A DNA stretch of 64,000 bases from assembly GCA_048882485.1 (NCBI GenBank), contig JBHLRP010000001.1, positions 160,001-224,000 on the forward strand. The letters run 5' to 3'. The notes under the pieces were generated by a model, which did not search any database, was not told the origin of the DNA, and was given only the letters and a program-made list of their open reading frames with translations. Source of the stretch: Candidatus Thorarchaeota archaeon. GTDB lineage: Archaea > Asgardarchaeota > Thorarchaeia > Thorarchaeales > Thorarchaeaceae. The position numbers and the translations under genes were made by a program. This document shows, piece after piece, positions 29,901 to 39,447 of the stretch (position 1 is the first letter of the stretch; the number at the start of each line of letters is the position of its first letter).

Positions 29901-31690
29901 TCGTGAATGTTACAGTCTACTTGGAGAATGTTGATCTGACTGGACCAGTTCTTGGTGCCACATTGACATACGGAATAGATGTGATTATAGGTGACCTGAC
30001 CGAGTTGGGCAATGGCTACTACACCGCTCAAGTACCAACTGGTGCACCCCTACAAATAGGCGACTGGGTTCTTACTGTGTCAAGTGTAAAGGATGGATTT
30101 ACTCCTGCCTCTACGCAATTCACAATAACAATTCTCAAAGTGCCAACTGCAGTCCTTCCAATAAGCGATGTGCTACAGAATGGATACTATGGGACCAACT
30201 TAACATTCCTCTTGAGCTTTAATGACACCTTCAACAACATTGGAATAACAGGTGCATTGGCGACATATGTGCTAGAAGGCAGGGGTGGCACACTTGTGGA
30301 GATTGGTGGTGGAGTCTATTCTCTAACCATCAATACCACTTGGGTTTCAGCTGGCCTAATCTCCCATGATATCTCAGTAACCTTCCAAAAGAATCTCTTT
30401 GACTATGCCTATAGCGTTGTTAAGTTTGTATCAATGCCAATCTCAACTGAGGTTATTGGGTCTGATTCCGCCACAGTTCCAGTTGGTGACGACTTCACTC
30501 AGATGTTCCAGTTTAATGATACTCTAAACAATGAGCTTCTCGTTGACGCATCTGTTACAGCATTCTGGGAGTTTGGTTCCGCTCCACTGTTTGCATTGGG
30601 CAATGGATCATATAGATTCGGTCCCACTGAGGCTGGCTTTAGCAGGCTGGAAGTGAGAAGCGAACCCTATGCACTTAGGATTCTATTCAGCAAAGCTAAC
30701 TACTCAACAGAGCAGCTGAATTTTGAACTCACGATTCGTGAGATTGCGACCACAATGATTTTCGAACCTCTGCCCCCAAGCATCTATGTTGGAGAACCTA
30801 TCTATGTCCGAGTTACCTACATGGATGTCGACCATGGCGTTCCAATCATCGGCGCAATCAACACCACAATTGGTTTCGACAATGAACCTGATCTAGCGTC
30901 GGTTCATCCAAACGGCACGTATGTGTTTGTTTTCGTTCCAAGAGGCGTGGCTCTTACCGAGCTGATTATCACTCTGGACAAGGAGGACTATCAGACCGGT
31001 GTCCTATCCTTTGATATCTACTCAGAGTTCTCACCTGAAACCCTAGGTCTGTTTAGGACATTCAGCTATGCAGGGCTTTTGCTGATCCTCGTTGCTGGAC
31101 TGGCAGCTGCATATGTGAGAGTCTGGTCTGTACCGAAGCTTCTCAGAATCATTAGACGCATGGTCTCATTGCTAGGCAAGGGGCAAATCCCACCTGCTGC
31201 AAAAGTCCGTGATAGAAGGGCATACCTCCTGCACGTGATGAATGACGAATTGGAGCCTGTTGGCATCAGGAAGACAATGCAGGACGTTGCTGTGTCCACG
31301 GTTGAGGTTGAGGCTCTTGATGTTGAACAGCTATTAGAAGAACTGCAAGTCGTCGTTGGCCTCACTCATGAAGACATTTCTGTTTTGAGGAGTGACCTAG
31401 AAAAGATGCGACCCAGCGAGCGCGCAGGGTTCATTGGAGAGGTCATTCGACAGGAGAGAGCAAGGAGAGCTCGGGAACTAGCCGAGGTTGAGGTGTCAGC
31501 TGAGGCACCTGAGGCGGTTTCAGAGGCTGAACGCATGCTGACAGAGGATGAGCTTGAACATTTGAAACAGGAGCTCATCAAGATGGGAATAGAACCGTCT
31601 GAGGCGGACCTCATGGTGGAGCAAGCGAAATCGCTTACTAAAGCGGAAATAGACGCACTACTGGATCAGATAGGAGGTCTAAAGGAATGA
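23966..31690 (+). CDS. Giant single-pass cell-surface protein with Ig-like repeats (paralogue A)
   Basis: Signal peptide after ATG 23966 (GGAGGAG upstream; ORF track 23930); many beta repeats with GxGxY and PIxGA motifs; TM near 31061-31125; helical cytoplasmic tail of about 190 aa. Confidence 0.85.
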   Translation: MHSRRTLSLTILLLPILLLSTFGGHNIIGQDTERSRLVDIGGGQTIEVQQDEVLQSYSLSDVPLSRDGVGSPLNVSEYGARTDSFTDIELTYETSNTTTSDTTSVPLGPLWEGTAISTYISDLQENRTWLTNPDFATTADWVTGHDDVGDYTNQLTNTISGGYVSFTQSGYWDGSWYRHDLGDRCYAEQSISTNSGEVTWVGVSLDYYVDDDWGGGPVGFWELYVQVGSADIPANHLWDKQFSDVLAQTTWYSTGLIEGDASLITSSDFTLQIGMRTTRTFGCRPQLNGEVRMDNVKVYVKSRVQPSQVNLQMNGLDVANVSDGIGGWLWGIGTASEVPQSPWIANSVNSTFTWTPNPVNPDPNDVIRVTFSVDMTVFARKLDSSSLYKAEVQSYGDYFTVSNNSQVSWNSYYFVAVPNGYSNPYFFNLTKEATRTFDMVSEPRYPDSDFPYWTQDSTSVNVSVYEEVTGIYQNGFWRLQGHSANMIQNLQMWTGSAWDSTFTYRAYDNVRFRAQLSSAFNGAVVSFSIYDTSGALWDRLEATVIGGFAETTDVNLDALTAEVGKWTVQAFANDSVSGGPIHDVGFYGRVFTIQHSTDMYVTYPRQSQITWMSNLTYGQDMLLQVRVNDSDNGDLLPGGSATYNWTSGVNPLNDMGTGEYSVVLNTADLGTPGRYAITLTWSNIYYDSILETFVINVIEETSLSSPDAPGLTVPRSSDAAFELIFADSRDAGIDGATILCNWTDSSYTIVPAAGEPGNYTLTITTPNTDLGTYAVIVTAQKDFYVTASITLFIEVRQLFTSVSTSRSVVYLPIGFQESVSLTVWDTDHDLPITGADSSIVCNWSESHVLGDQNYTVTMTSPGIYEVVFFSTEADFLQSYDVVFDVSRFGYQNHTFSITVIVTSHLTLLSLDNPVEPTPYTGTILINVTYFDASTLSGIIGSDVLIYVTSPVVEPLSYTVYNGSIAGQYIIAVPASQWGDIGWKQLSVYANWTGQRAKYDNKVLTFSVRISGAPTDLFLGTSPTSTPYGENVTFTIIYWDVGATNGIVNGTGPFANNVLIYIEVITPGQTLTQSLMVITEIDFVGSPGEYRIEFNSSYLSGLIECQLRIRVNWTKGALPLYENRTLILSVFSTYRQTVVNWNPLPVTPYDEKVNLTLTFKDVLSDSNILDSPSLEIATPGYAFTIYYDGDATGIFFIEVDTSLFLSTGTHSFQVNLVWSGSPFYQNRTVNIFINVRERYTSLTHGVYSPVEFGNNLTLVFIYTDQDDLTSLGMDGGTLTVMGLAGFYDVADNGDGTYTLELRTDGFPSTGTFIVNVSIAYGGARFSADAVDFFYLTIQARRTQMTSELPDLAPFLTQANITVQYIDDSTDVGIEGAQVYAFCATSSQPLVPDSNYWVDDLGSGYYRVRISTIALGNFGRYTIEITANWTGSPFYLERVRLVDIEVSRRPVSLSVSKSPLNTPFLENVNFELTIADSLDGSPISLNKSVLIITHGGGTLILDSEYSISGANGVYVISINSTVLTSVLVSGHPIFVKFFWGDFTPYYANSTTSTAVEINTRFTQGRVLATPGAFYYFNLSAIIEFSDYLSGNPIPGAMVTFTCVNDSVFSSWIVDMGDGRYTIIVDTNDLEDGIGRYFFSADITWSESPYYEDVIGLAFSVLVNPVSTSLNFVLPQGVTYYLGDLVVGNITFTDINEGQGIDGATVVSDWTALWGTTHTITPLGNGIYRMEIDTSGLNAQIYTFSINASKPLHLSRSVTADILLAAIPVEIDLVFSPTDPVWGDVLEFSANITDARNGAPVLGATVNLTLYGRTYTMAEIGGGIYNATVSTMGLVSGEYTIRVESTLLNYETRQRDFQIRIDKVAANMLASLDPQIAVNGETVTIEADYLILSNGTAIDIGLVTYSWIGGTGFLTWVPAQQKYIGQMIVASAAVGNHQILIQASSSIYKSVSTPITIEITEITTALSAYQDITVLSAVSGDFVNVTVYLENVDLTGPVLGATLTYGIDVIIGDLTELGNGYYTAQVPTGAPLQIGDWVLTVSSVKDGFTPASTQFTITILKVPTAVLPISDVLQNGYYGTNLTFLLSFNDTFNNIGITGALATYVLEGRGGTLVEIGGGVYSLTINTTWVSAGLISHDISVTFQKNLFDYAYSVVKFVSMPISTEVIGSDSATVPVGDDFTQMFQFNDTLNNELLVDASVTAFWEFGSAPLFALGNGSYRFGPTEAGFSRLEVRSEPYALRILFSKANYSTEQLNFELTIREIATTMIFEPLPPSIYVGEPIYVRVTYMDVDHGVPIIGAINTTIGFDNEPDLASVHPNGTYVFVFVPRGVALTELIITLDKEDYQTGVLSFDIYSEFSPETLGLFRTFSYAGLLLILVAGLAAAYVRVWSVPKLLRIIRRMVSLLGKGQIPPAAKVRDRRAYLLHVMNDELEPVGIRKTMQDVAVSTVEVEALDVEQLLEELQVVVGLTHEDISVLRSDLEKMRPSERAGFIGEVIRQERARRARELAEVEVSAEAPEAVSEAERMLTEDELEHLKQELIKMGIEPSEADLMVEQAKSLTKAEIDALLDQIGGLKE

Positions 31691-34600
31691 AGTCATCCAC
31701 AAGATTGGCCTTGGTCATCGCATTAGCACTTTTACTTGCCTTTGGACCTAGCAGTCCAGCTTCCTTCGACTTTAATACGTCGTATAGTGAAAGCCGAGCC
31801 ACAAATTCCAATGGTGATGCCATGCGGAGCCCATTGGGAATAGACGAAAAACCTGTAGTGTTGTCTGAGCAAGGAATGACTACTTGGCAAGGTCTGTCCT
31901 CGGGCATACCTACTGTTGCGTATGGGAATCGAACCGATACTCATCTAAATAATCAGATGCTCTATTCTCCAGGCACTGGTACGACTACTGATACCTCAGT
32001 TTATATTCCGATGGAGAATGATTGGGAAGGTCATGAGCTGTTTGTAGGTGTTTATGACTTAACTGAGAATCGTACTTGGACGCAAGATCCTGACATGGAG
32101 AGTAGCCCTGGGTCCTGGACGCTAGGCACAAATCCAGTCGGCACAGGAGCTCAACCCTACTCTCAGTGGTCATCGAATGGGCACGGTGCTGGAGATGACT
32201 GCTTGGAGGTTGGAATCACAAGTCCCCCCACAACTGGAGGTTCAAACAACGGCGATCCGAGCGTTGATGAAAGCGCCTTTGCTAACCAGACTTTTGCTGT
32301 ACCGAGAGGCGATGTCCGCTGGGCCGGGCTCCGATTAGACTATTGGGGTGACGCTCAGTTTCCATGGGCAAACAACTCCCTTAATGGCTTTGTTGCTATC
32401 TATGTTTCAGTTGAAACTGCGGGTCATGCTTCACGTGTTTGGCAGAAATCATTTGGAGAGATACCACTAAACAGAACCTGGTATGATAGCGGCCTAATCC
32501 CCCTTGATGATCTCTCAATATTTGATCTATCAGATGATGTGTATATTGAAGTTGGAATTTTCAGCCAAATCACGGTCAACTACATTCCTGATTTAGAGCC
32601 TGTGGCGAGAGTGGACAACGTAGAGCTTTATTTGGAAACTCTAGCCGATCCAAGCGATGTCAACCTTCAAGTAAACGGATTGGATGTTAATGATTACAGC
32701 GTTGGACCAACAACTATTCCTGGACTTGGCAATGTGACCCATCTTCCTGACCCGACATGGGCCTCAGGACCGGTAATGGTTAATTTCTCATGGACTCCGA
32801 CGCCATCAACACCTGACCCTGACAGGGAAATTCAAGTCGATTTCAATATTGAAACAAACCTGTACGCACGAGGAGATGAAACCTCAGTCTATACGCAAGA
32901 TCCCAATGCGTTTGGCGAAGTCTTTGAAGTCGAGAACGCAACAGAAGTCGATTATCTTACATGGTTCAACGCTGATATTCCAATGGGATACGACAACAGA
33001 TACTTCTTCAACATGACGCTTCCCGAGGGCCGCGACGTCTACTATGTAGGATCACCTCTCTTGACATCGGAGAATATAACTGACTGGAATGAGGGTCATG
33101 GCCCGACCTGGTTTGCAAATATCTCTGCATTCAACTACCCCGATAGATGGGGCTACTGGCTAATTAAGAGCACTGGACCCAATATGATATCTGACGTCTT
33201 GATGTTTGATCCATCCACACGCTCGAACTCGAGGTTTGTTGACTTACGTGCTGGCGATTCTGCGAAGCTAGTCACACAGTTGGACTCAGGTTTTGCTGGT
33301 GTCGATGTTAATCTAACAGTCTATTCACCATCCGGCGCAATTTGGTACACGACTCTGGCAACAGTGAATAGCACTGGATATGCAGAAACCCCTGTATTGA
33401 CCTTCGGACAGAACGCTACCGCTGGTAGCTATGTCCTTGAGGCCTTCTGTGGCAATTCAATAGGTATGACCGCATGGAATGAAACTGGCTTCTTCAGACG
33501 TGCATTCAAAGTTGTTCATGCTTCAAATTCAGAGCTTCTCAACCCTATTGATGCACAGATTACATGGATAGCAAATGTGACATATCCCGATCTATTCCTC
33601 GTCAGAATACGTATCAATGACAGCGATATGCCCGTAGTGACTGTGCCAGGAGGGCAGATGTCATCCAACTGGACAACTGGTCCACAGGCTTTTGGAGATG
33701 CTGGAAACGGGGAGTACATTATAACACTTGATTCTGGTGATCTACCTTCAAACGGAATCTGGATTATGGAAATCACATGGACTCACCCATACTTCGATTC
33801 CATAGTTGATTACTTGACAATCAATCTGAATTACGATGCAACATTCGTACTTGAAGACCCTGAATCACCTGGTATCTCAGTGCCCAAGAATTACAACTCT
33901 AGCTTCCAAGTTAGATTCGAGGATTCGATAGGGAATCCAATTGACTATGGCAGTGTAGACTGCAATTGGACAAGCTATTACACTGTCAATCCCGTCGCAG
34001 GCTCTCCGGGGAGTTACCTCGTCTGGCTGAATACAACATTTGTGGACATGGGCGAATATGTCGTGGAGGTCACTGGCAATGCCAATTTTGTGCTCCCACA
34101 GCGATATCTCATCTATGTGACTGTAAGAGAGCTAAATACTAGAGCCACATATGTCCAGAATGTGCTTGAGATTCCAGTTGGCGAAGCTAGCTCTTTCACG
34201 GTGGAGTGGATGAACGCGGATCACGATGCTCCTTTGACGGGGCTGAATGATTCAATTACCACAACTTGGGCTGGGATCTATTCGGTGGATGAAGTTTCAC
34301 CTGGCCTCTACAACATCACAATCTATACCTTGGATAGCGATGCTCCAGGGAACTATTCAGTTTCAGTCAGCCTTTCTGGATACCTGATGAGAAATCAGAC
34401 ATTCACCATATCTGTAATCATCAGATCTCATAGCACACTATTCACTCTAGACGAACCAATCCAGCAGACTCAATTCAATGAACAGGTGATGGTTCTAGTA
34501 TTCTTCCAGGACACTGACTTGCAGGTTGGTATCACGAACATCACTGGAAACGTGCACATTACTATCACATCGCCGGAGATTGGAAATGTCCAGTTTGCAT

Positions 34601-37600
34601 TAGTAGCCTCTTCATTGGGTGATGGACATTACAACATCAGCATTCCTAGCACTCAATGGGGTAGCGTGGGATGGAAGAATCTGACAATATCAGTTTCATG
34701 GACCGGAACCAAATACACAGGTCAATCCTTTACCACTCGCGTGCGTCTCACTGGGACGACGACAGACATATTTCTGGACCAAGCTCCTAGTGCGGTCTAT
34801 TTCCTGAATGAATTCAGCTTCACTGTTGTCTACTATGATGTGACGAATACAACGAACATATCGAATAACACTCTCAATGTCCTGTTGACAATTGATCCAC
34901 TAACAGCAGGACATCCCGTTACTCAGAGTGACTTTGTTGTGGCGGAAACAGGTCTTGGAACAGGGATATATGAATTCAGGTTGGACAGCACCCAACTGGA
35001 CGCTACTGGCTCATTCATATTCCGCATCGGGTTCATGTGGCCGAAGGGAGTATCACCTCTCTATGAAAACCAGACCATGACTGTTACCTTAGTCGTGCTT
35101 CAGAGACCCACCTACATCGATTATATACCAGTGCCCTCAACACCCTATGGTGAGCTTGCTGACCTGGAGTTCAGCTACATAGACTTCCTCACCACTACCC
35201 GCATCGGTGACTCTCCTCAGATGTCGATATCTCTACTCAATGGAACTGTAGGCTATTCCTATTCATATGATTCAGGAGCGGTGTCTTTCCTTCTGCAAGT
35301 GAATACTTCAACATTGCCTGGAATTGGAAGTCACATGCTTGTTCTGAATGTCACCTGGGTAGGATCCCCATACTACACAACTAGTGTGACCTTGGCGTAC
35401 ACTGTGACTGTAATCCAAAGAACTACACAGTTGACCCATGATTCATTCGCTCCTGGTCAGTGGGGCAATAATGTAACAATCGAATTCACCTATACAGACC
35501 TGGTGGCTGGATCTTCTGTCGGAATGACTGGAACCCTCTCATTGAATGCTTCCCTAGCTGGATGGTATACAGTTGTCTATGCAGGAAATGGACACTATCT
35601 TGTGACCGTGAATACCTCGGGCGTCGGATCAGATGGCCTCTATACGATAGTAGCTAGTATTGATCACACTCAGCCAACGTTTGCCAGTGCTATTGACACA
35701 TTTGGCTTTTCAGTTCTTAAACGGTCCACGCAATTTGGATATGAGAGTCCAGACCCGGTCCCCTATTTGGAAAATGTCACTTTTGTAATCACCTATATTG
35801 ATGACAGCACAGGGAGAGGTGTCAGTGGAGCCTCAGTCATTGTTGATTGCAGCAACTCCACCTTTGCACTAGCGCTGAATACAAACTACTGGGTGACATA
35901 CCTCGGATTAGGGCAATATCTCATAGAAGTAGAAAGCACTGCTCTAGGGAATCTTGGAACCTATATCCTGGGTGTATCTGTTTCATATTCTGGAGCGCCG
36001 TACTACCTTCCTGCGAATAATGACATCACCTCTAGAGTGATTGAGAGAACAACCCAGATCCTCATTATTCAGACTCCGGGCGATACACCGTTCCTCGAGA
36101 ATGTGACATTCCAGTTCAAGTTTGAGGATTATATCACTGGAATGATCATTCCTATTGACAAGTCACACATTTCCCTGTCGCATGGAGTGGCAGAGACTCC
36201 TATTTCAATAGGTGAATACGCCCTTTACGACTTTGGCACATACTATGAGATAAGCTTCAATTCGACCGTCCTCAATCCTTCATCCCTTGTTGTTGGTGAA
36301 GAGATTCAGCTGGAGATCGATGTAACTGGTGCTCCTCCCTACTATGCACTGCGAAGCACCAAAGCAATAGCCACTACGACTGAAAGATCCACGCAGATTC
36401 TCTTCCCGCTAATTGAAGAAGTGCCCTACACAGACAACTTTACGATTGAGCTCGACTATATTGACTTCTTGTCGGGACAAGGCATAGAGAATGCAGTGAT
36501 AACACTTTCAAGCACTAATTGGTCTGGTCCTGCGTATCAAGTCGCAGAACTGGGCGGCGGCTCATATAGAGTCTATGTTAATTCAACCGTCTTTGGCGGT
36601 ATTGGCACTGTCTACTTTGATATCTCAGCTAGCAAGGGAGGAGTCCCATTCTACTCCTCGAGACTCGCTACTGGTGTGCCTGCAAGCATACGAGCAATCA
36701 TCACATCTCTAGTTGCAGAAGCACCTCCGCCTGGTTCGACAGCAGTAGGTGTTCCAATCAATGTCACACTGACTCTCATGGACTTCGATCATGATGTACC
36801 TCTATCTGGTGCTGTTATCACAACGGATTGGACATCTCTATATGGGACAAGCTATCAGCTTGTTGAGAAAGGCGGTGGTGTCTACACCCTAACACTCAAC
36901 ATGACAGGGCTAATAGCACAGGACTACCCGTTTGCGGTCACCGCCCAGAAGTCACTCTATCAAGACTCAAACATCGTTGTATCGGTTACTCCTGGAGCCT
37001 CAACTTTCACATTAGTTCTTCATAAAACAGCAGTCTATGCACTCTGGGGTGAAGTTCATGACATCCGCATTGATGTTAGGGAGAGCTATTACTATAGTCT
37101 GATCCCTGGGGCGAATGTGACTCTGCTTTGGAATAGCACCATCTACTACTTCACCGATTTAGCAAATGGTACATATTCGCTAATGCTTGACACATCCAAC
37201 GAGAACTTCGGCGTTTATAATCTGCAGATATCTGTGTCACGGCAATACTACCAGACACGTCAGACTAGTCTTACTCTCGTAGTATCAAAGGCACCAGGTC
37301 AAATTCTTAGCGAGCAAACAGTGTTTGATGTGGTTGTCAACACAACTCAAGTATTCACCATCTATCTTAACGACACCATCACAGGTTCTCATGTTGTTGC
37401 CTCCTCAATAACTATGGAGTGGAACAATACTGTCTATCCTCTTGTAACAAATGGCACTCCTGGATTCTACTTGGCAAGCATTGATGCCACAGGATTCGCC
37501 TTGGGTCAGTATGAGGCGGTTATTACTGCGGCTTCCTTGAATCATGTTTTCCTAGATGCGATTGTAGACATCAACATCGTCCCAATTCCAACGAATATCG

Positions 37601-39411
37601 GACTAGCAAGCGGTGCAGCAGCTCTGTTTGTGGTTCGAGGGGCAATGCTCTCGATTCTCGTTGAGTACAATGATACATACTATGGTGGATATGTTACTGG
37701 CGCAAATGTCACATATGTTCTTGGTAGCCTAAGAGGAAGTCTTACCGAGCATGCAAATGGTACATACAATGCGACAATTGATACCAGTAATCTGCCTGCA
37801 CAAACCATATTCCTTAGAATCATAGGTTCCAAAACTGGAATGGCAACAGCCACGAGGACTCTGGTTGTAACAATACAACCTGTGCCCACTGAAGTGACTG
37901 TAGACACACTTCTGCGCGAAGGATATCATGGCGATCTCGTGGAGTTCACCTTCTACTACAATGACACATACAATCTCCAACCAATTGCAGGAGCCTTTGC
38001 GGATGTTAGTTGGGAAGGCGGCACAGGAGATGTAACTGACCAAGGTAATGGATATTATCTTGTTGAGATTACTCTGACTCCAACTTCACCTAGACTCTAT
38101 GATATTGTGGCAAGCTTCAGTCTCCAGAACTATTCCTTGTCATCACTCACAGTGAGAATTCTCATTAGAGCTACTCCAGCACATATTGAAGGCCCAACGG
38201 CCTACGATGTCCCTGTCAATCATACTGGCTCTGTCGTATTCAATGTAATCAATGATTTAACAAACGAAACCATTGAAGGTCTTCAGGGATTGGCATATTG
38301 GGAAGGCGGACTGATAATGGAACTATTCCAGATGGACAATGGGAGCTATGAATTGAGAGTGCCGGACTATCTCATCATGACAAGCTATCGAATTGAGATT
38401 GGATTCTCTACGTCGATTTACAGCCTATCGTCGCAGTTCCTTGACCTGACTGTTCGTCCAGTGCTCACCATGATTGATACACTTGGAATAAACACAACAA
38501 TATTGACATTCCCAGGAGCTCAGGATTCCATAGTAGTACTTCTTCGAGACCTAGACCATAATATGGGCATCAGCGATGCCAATGCAACCGTCTATTATGA
38601 TCCCGCACAAATCTCATTTCCAGAGGACAGAAGGCCGCCTGTCATTGATGGTGTATACACATTCCCATTTGTAGTACGCACTGGCGGCACAATCAATGTG
38701 ACTATCACCTTCACAAAGGATCTGTACTTCTCCCAGCAAATTACCTTCACTCTGAAATCAGACTTTTCAGATGAGCAGATTCTTGCCCAGAACCTAGCAT
38801 TGACCGGAGGCTTCCTCTTTATCTTCGTGGCAATTGGGATTGTCGCCTATGTCAAGCACTTTGCCATCCCATGGATTATTCGACAGCTGAATAAGATGAT
38901 AGCTGCACTGGCCAAAGGAAGAGTTCCGAGTGCTCCAAAGGTGCGTGCCAGAGAGGATTTGGTCCTTGAGATCATCAATGAGGAACTGAAGCCATCTGGA
39001 CTTGGCAAAGAGCTAGAGGATGTCCCAGGTCCAAGCATTGAAGCAGTCATTCCTGAGATAGAAGACCTATTGGAGCGTCTAGCTGAAATCACGGGACTTG
39101 GAAAATTGGAGCTTGAGGCATTCAGACAGGACCTTGCCAGAATGCGTGCCAGTGAGCGACCTGGATTCATTCGTGAGGTAATTGAGCAGGAGGAGGCTCG
39201 CCGTGCAGAGGCATTGGCCGAAGCTGAACCAATTCCCGCAGAGGCCAAGGAGATTCTAGAGGAGAAGCCCGAGGAGCTTGAAGAGCTTCGCTTGAAATTG
39301 AAGCGCAAGGGCATGTCTGACGATGAGATTGAGATCATCATTGATCAGGCAAAGGGTCTCTCAAAGGCTGACCTAGAAGCACTGCTTGATAGTCTTGGAA
39401 TAAAGCTCTGA
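31687..39411 (+). CDS. Giant single-pass cell-surface protein with Ig-like repeats (paralogue B)
   Basis: ATGA overlap with paralogue A; colinear similarity (ENRTW, WYDSGLI, TPFLENV, PLYEN); TM near 38794-38853; homologous cytoplasmic tail. Confidence 0.85.
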   Translation: MKSSTRLALVIALALLLAFGPSSPASFDFNTSYSESRATNSNGDAMRSPLGIDEKPVVLSEQGMTTWQGLSSGIPTVAYGNRTDTHLNNQMLYSPGTGTTTDTSVYIPMENDWEGHELFVGVYDLTENRTWTQDPDMESSPGSWTLGTNPVGTGAQPYSQWSSNGHGAGDDCLEVGITSPPTTGGSNNGDPSVDESAFANQTFAVPRGDVRWAGLRLDYWGDAQFPWANNSLNGFVAIYVSVETAGHASRVWQKSFGEIPLNRTWYDSGLIPLDDLSIFDLSDDVYIEVGIFSQITVNYIPDLEPVARVDNVELYLETLADPSDVNLQVNGLDVNDYSVGPTTIPGLGNVTHLPDPTWASGPVMVNFSWTPTPSTPDPDREIQVDFNIETNLYARGDETSVYTQDPNAFGEVFEVENATEVDYLTWFNADIPMGYDNRYFFNMTLPEGRDVYYVGSPLLTSENITDWNEGHGPTWFANISAFNYPDRWGYWLIKSTGPNMISDVLMFDPSTRSNSRFVDLRAGDSAKLVTQLDSGFAGVDVNLTVYSPSGAIWYTTLATVNSTGYAETPVLTFGQNATAGSYVLEAFCGNSIGMTAWNETGFFRRAFKVVHASNSELLNPIDAQITWIANVTYPDLFLVRIRINDSDMPVVTVPGGQMSSNWTTGPQAFGDAGNGEYIITLDSGDLPSNGIWIMEITWTHPYFDSIVDYLTINLNYDATFVLEDPESPGISVPKNYNSSFQVRFEDSIGNPIDYGSVDCNWTSYYTVNPVAGSPGSYLVWLNTTFVDMGEYVVEVTGNANFVLPQRYLIYVTVRELNTRATYVQNVLEIPVGEASSFTVEWMNADHDAPLTGLNDSITTTWAGIYSVDEVSPGLYNITIYTLDSDAPGNYSVSVSLSGYLMRNQTFTISVIIRSHSTLFTLDEPIQQTQFNEQVMVLVFFQDTDLQVGITNITGNVHITITSPEIGNVQFALVASSLGDGHYNISIPSTQWGSVGWKNLTISVSWTGTKYTGQSFTTRVRLTGTTTDIFLDQAPSAVYFLNEFSFTVVYYDVTNTTNISNNTLNVLLTIDPLTAGHPVTQSDFVVAETGLGTGIYEFRLDSTQLDATGSFIFRIGFMWPKGVSPLYENQTMTVTLVVLQRPTYIDYIPVPSTPYGELADLEFSYIDFLTTTRIGDSPQMSISLLNGTVGYSYSYDSGAVSFLLQVNTSTLPGIGSHMLVLNVTWVGSPYYTTSVTLAYTVTVIQRTTQLTHDSFAPGQWGNNVTIEFTYTDLVAGSSVGMTGTLSLNASLAGWYTVVYAGNGHYLVTVNTSGVGSDGLYTIVASIDHTQPTFASAIDTFGFSVLKRSTQFGYESPDPVPYLENVTFVITYIDDSTGRGVSGASVIVDCSNSTFALALNTNYWVTYLGLGQYLIEVESTALGNLGTYILGVSVSYSGAPYYLPANNDITSRVIERTTQILIIQTPGDTPFLENVTFQFKFEDYITGMIIPIDKSHISLSHGVAETPISIGEYALYDFGTYYEISFNSTVLNPSSLVVGEEIQLEIDVTGAPPYYALRSTKAIATTTERSTQILFPLIEEVPYTDNFTIELDYIDFLSGQGIENAVITLSSTNWSGPAYQVAELGGGSYRVYVNSTVFGGIGTVYFDISASKGGVPFYSSRLATGVPASIRAIITSLVAEAPPPGSTAVGVPINVTLTLMDFDHDVPLSGAVITTDWTSLYGTSYQLVEKGGGVYTLTLNMTGLIAQDYPFAVTAQKSLYQDSNIVVSVTPGASTFTLVLHKTAVYALWGEVHDIRIDVRESYYYSLIPGANVTLLWNSTIYYFTDLANGTYSLMLDTSNENFGVYNLQISVSRQYYQTRQTSLTLVVSKAPGQILSEQTVFDVVVNTTQVFTIYLNDTITGSHVVASSITMEWNNTVYPLVTNGTPGFYLASIDATGFALGQYEAVITAASLNHVFLDAIVDINIVPIPTNIGLASGAAALFVVRGAMLSILVEYNDTYYGGYVTGANVTYVLGSLRGSLTEHANGTYNATIDTSNLPAQTIFLRIIGSKTGMATATRTLVVTIQPVPTEVTVDTLLREGYHGDLVEFTFYYNDTYNLQPIAGAFADVSWEGGTGDVTDQGNGYYLVEITLTPTSPRLYDIVASFSLQNYSLSSLTVRILIRATPAHIEGPTAYDVPVNHTGSVVFNVINDLTNETIEGLQGLAYWEGGLIMELFQMDNGSYELRVPDYLIMTSYRIEIGFSTSIYSLSSQFLDLTVRPVLTMIDTLGINTTILTFPGAQDSIVVLLRDLDHNMGISDANATVYYDPAQISFPEDRRPPVIDGVYTFPFVVRTGGTINVTITFTKDLYFSQQITFTLKSDFSDEQILAQNLALTGGFLFIFVAIGIVAYVKHFAIPWIIRQLNKMIAALAKGRVPSAPKVRAREDLVLEIINEELKPSGLGKELEDVPGPSIEAVIPEIEDLLERLAEITGLGKLELEAFRQDLARMRASERPGFIREVIEQEEARRAEALAEAEPIPAEAKEILEEKPEELEELRLKLKRKGMSDDEIEIIIDQAKGLSKADLEALLDSLGIKL

Positions 39412-39447
39412 TGTGTAATGACTGAGTGAGAAGAGCAACTTCTTCTC

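Noticed and set aside
32305-32877. Two RGD tripeptides in paralogue B as integrin-type ligands for the FG-GAP protein
   Set aside because: They are not conserved at the equivalent positions in paralogue A, are plausible by chance in 2574 aa, and no integrin-beta-like vWA protein is seen.
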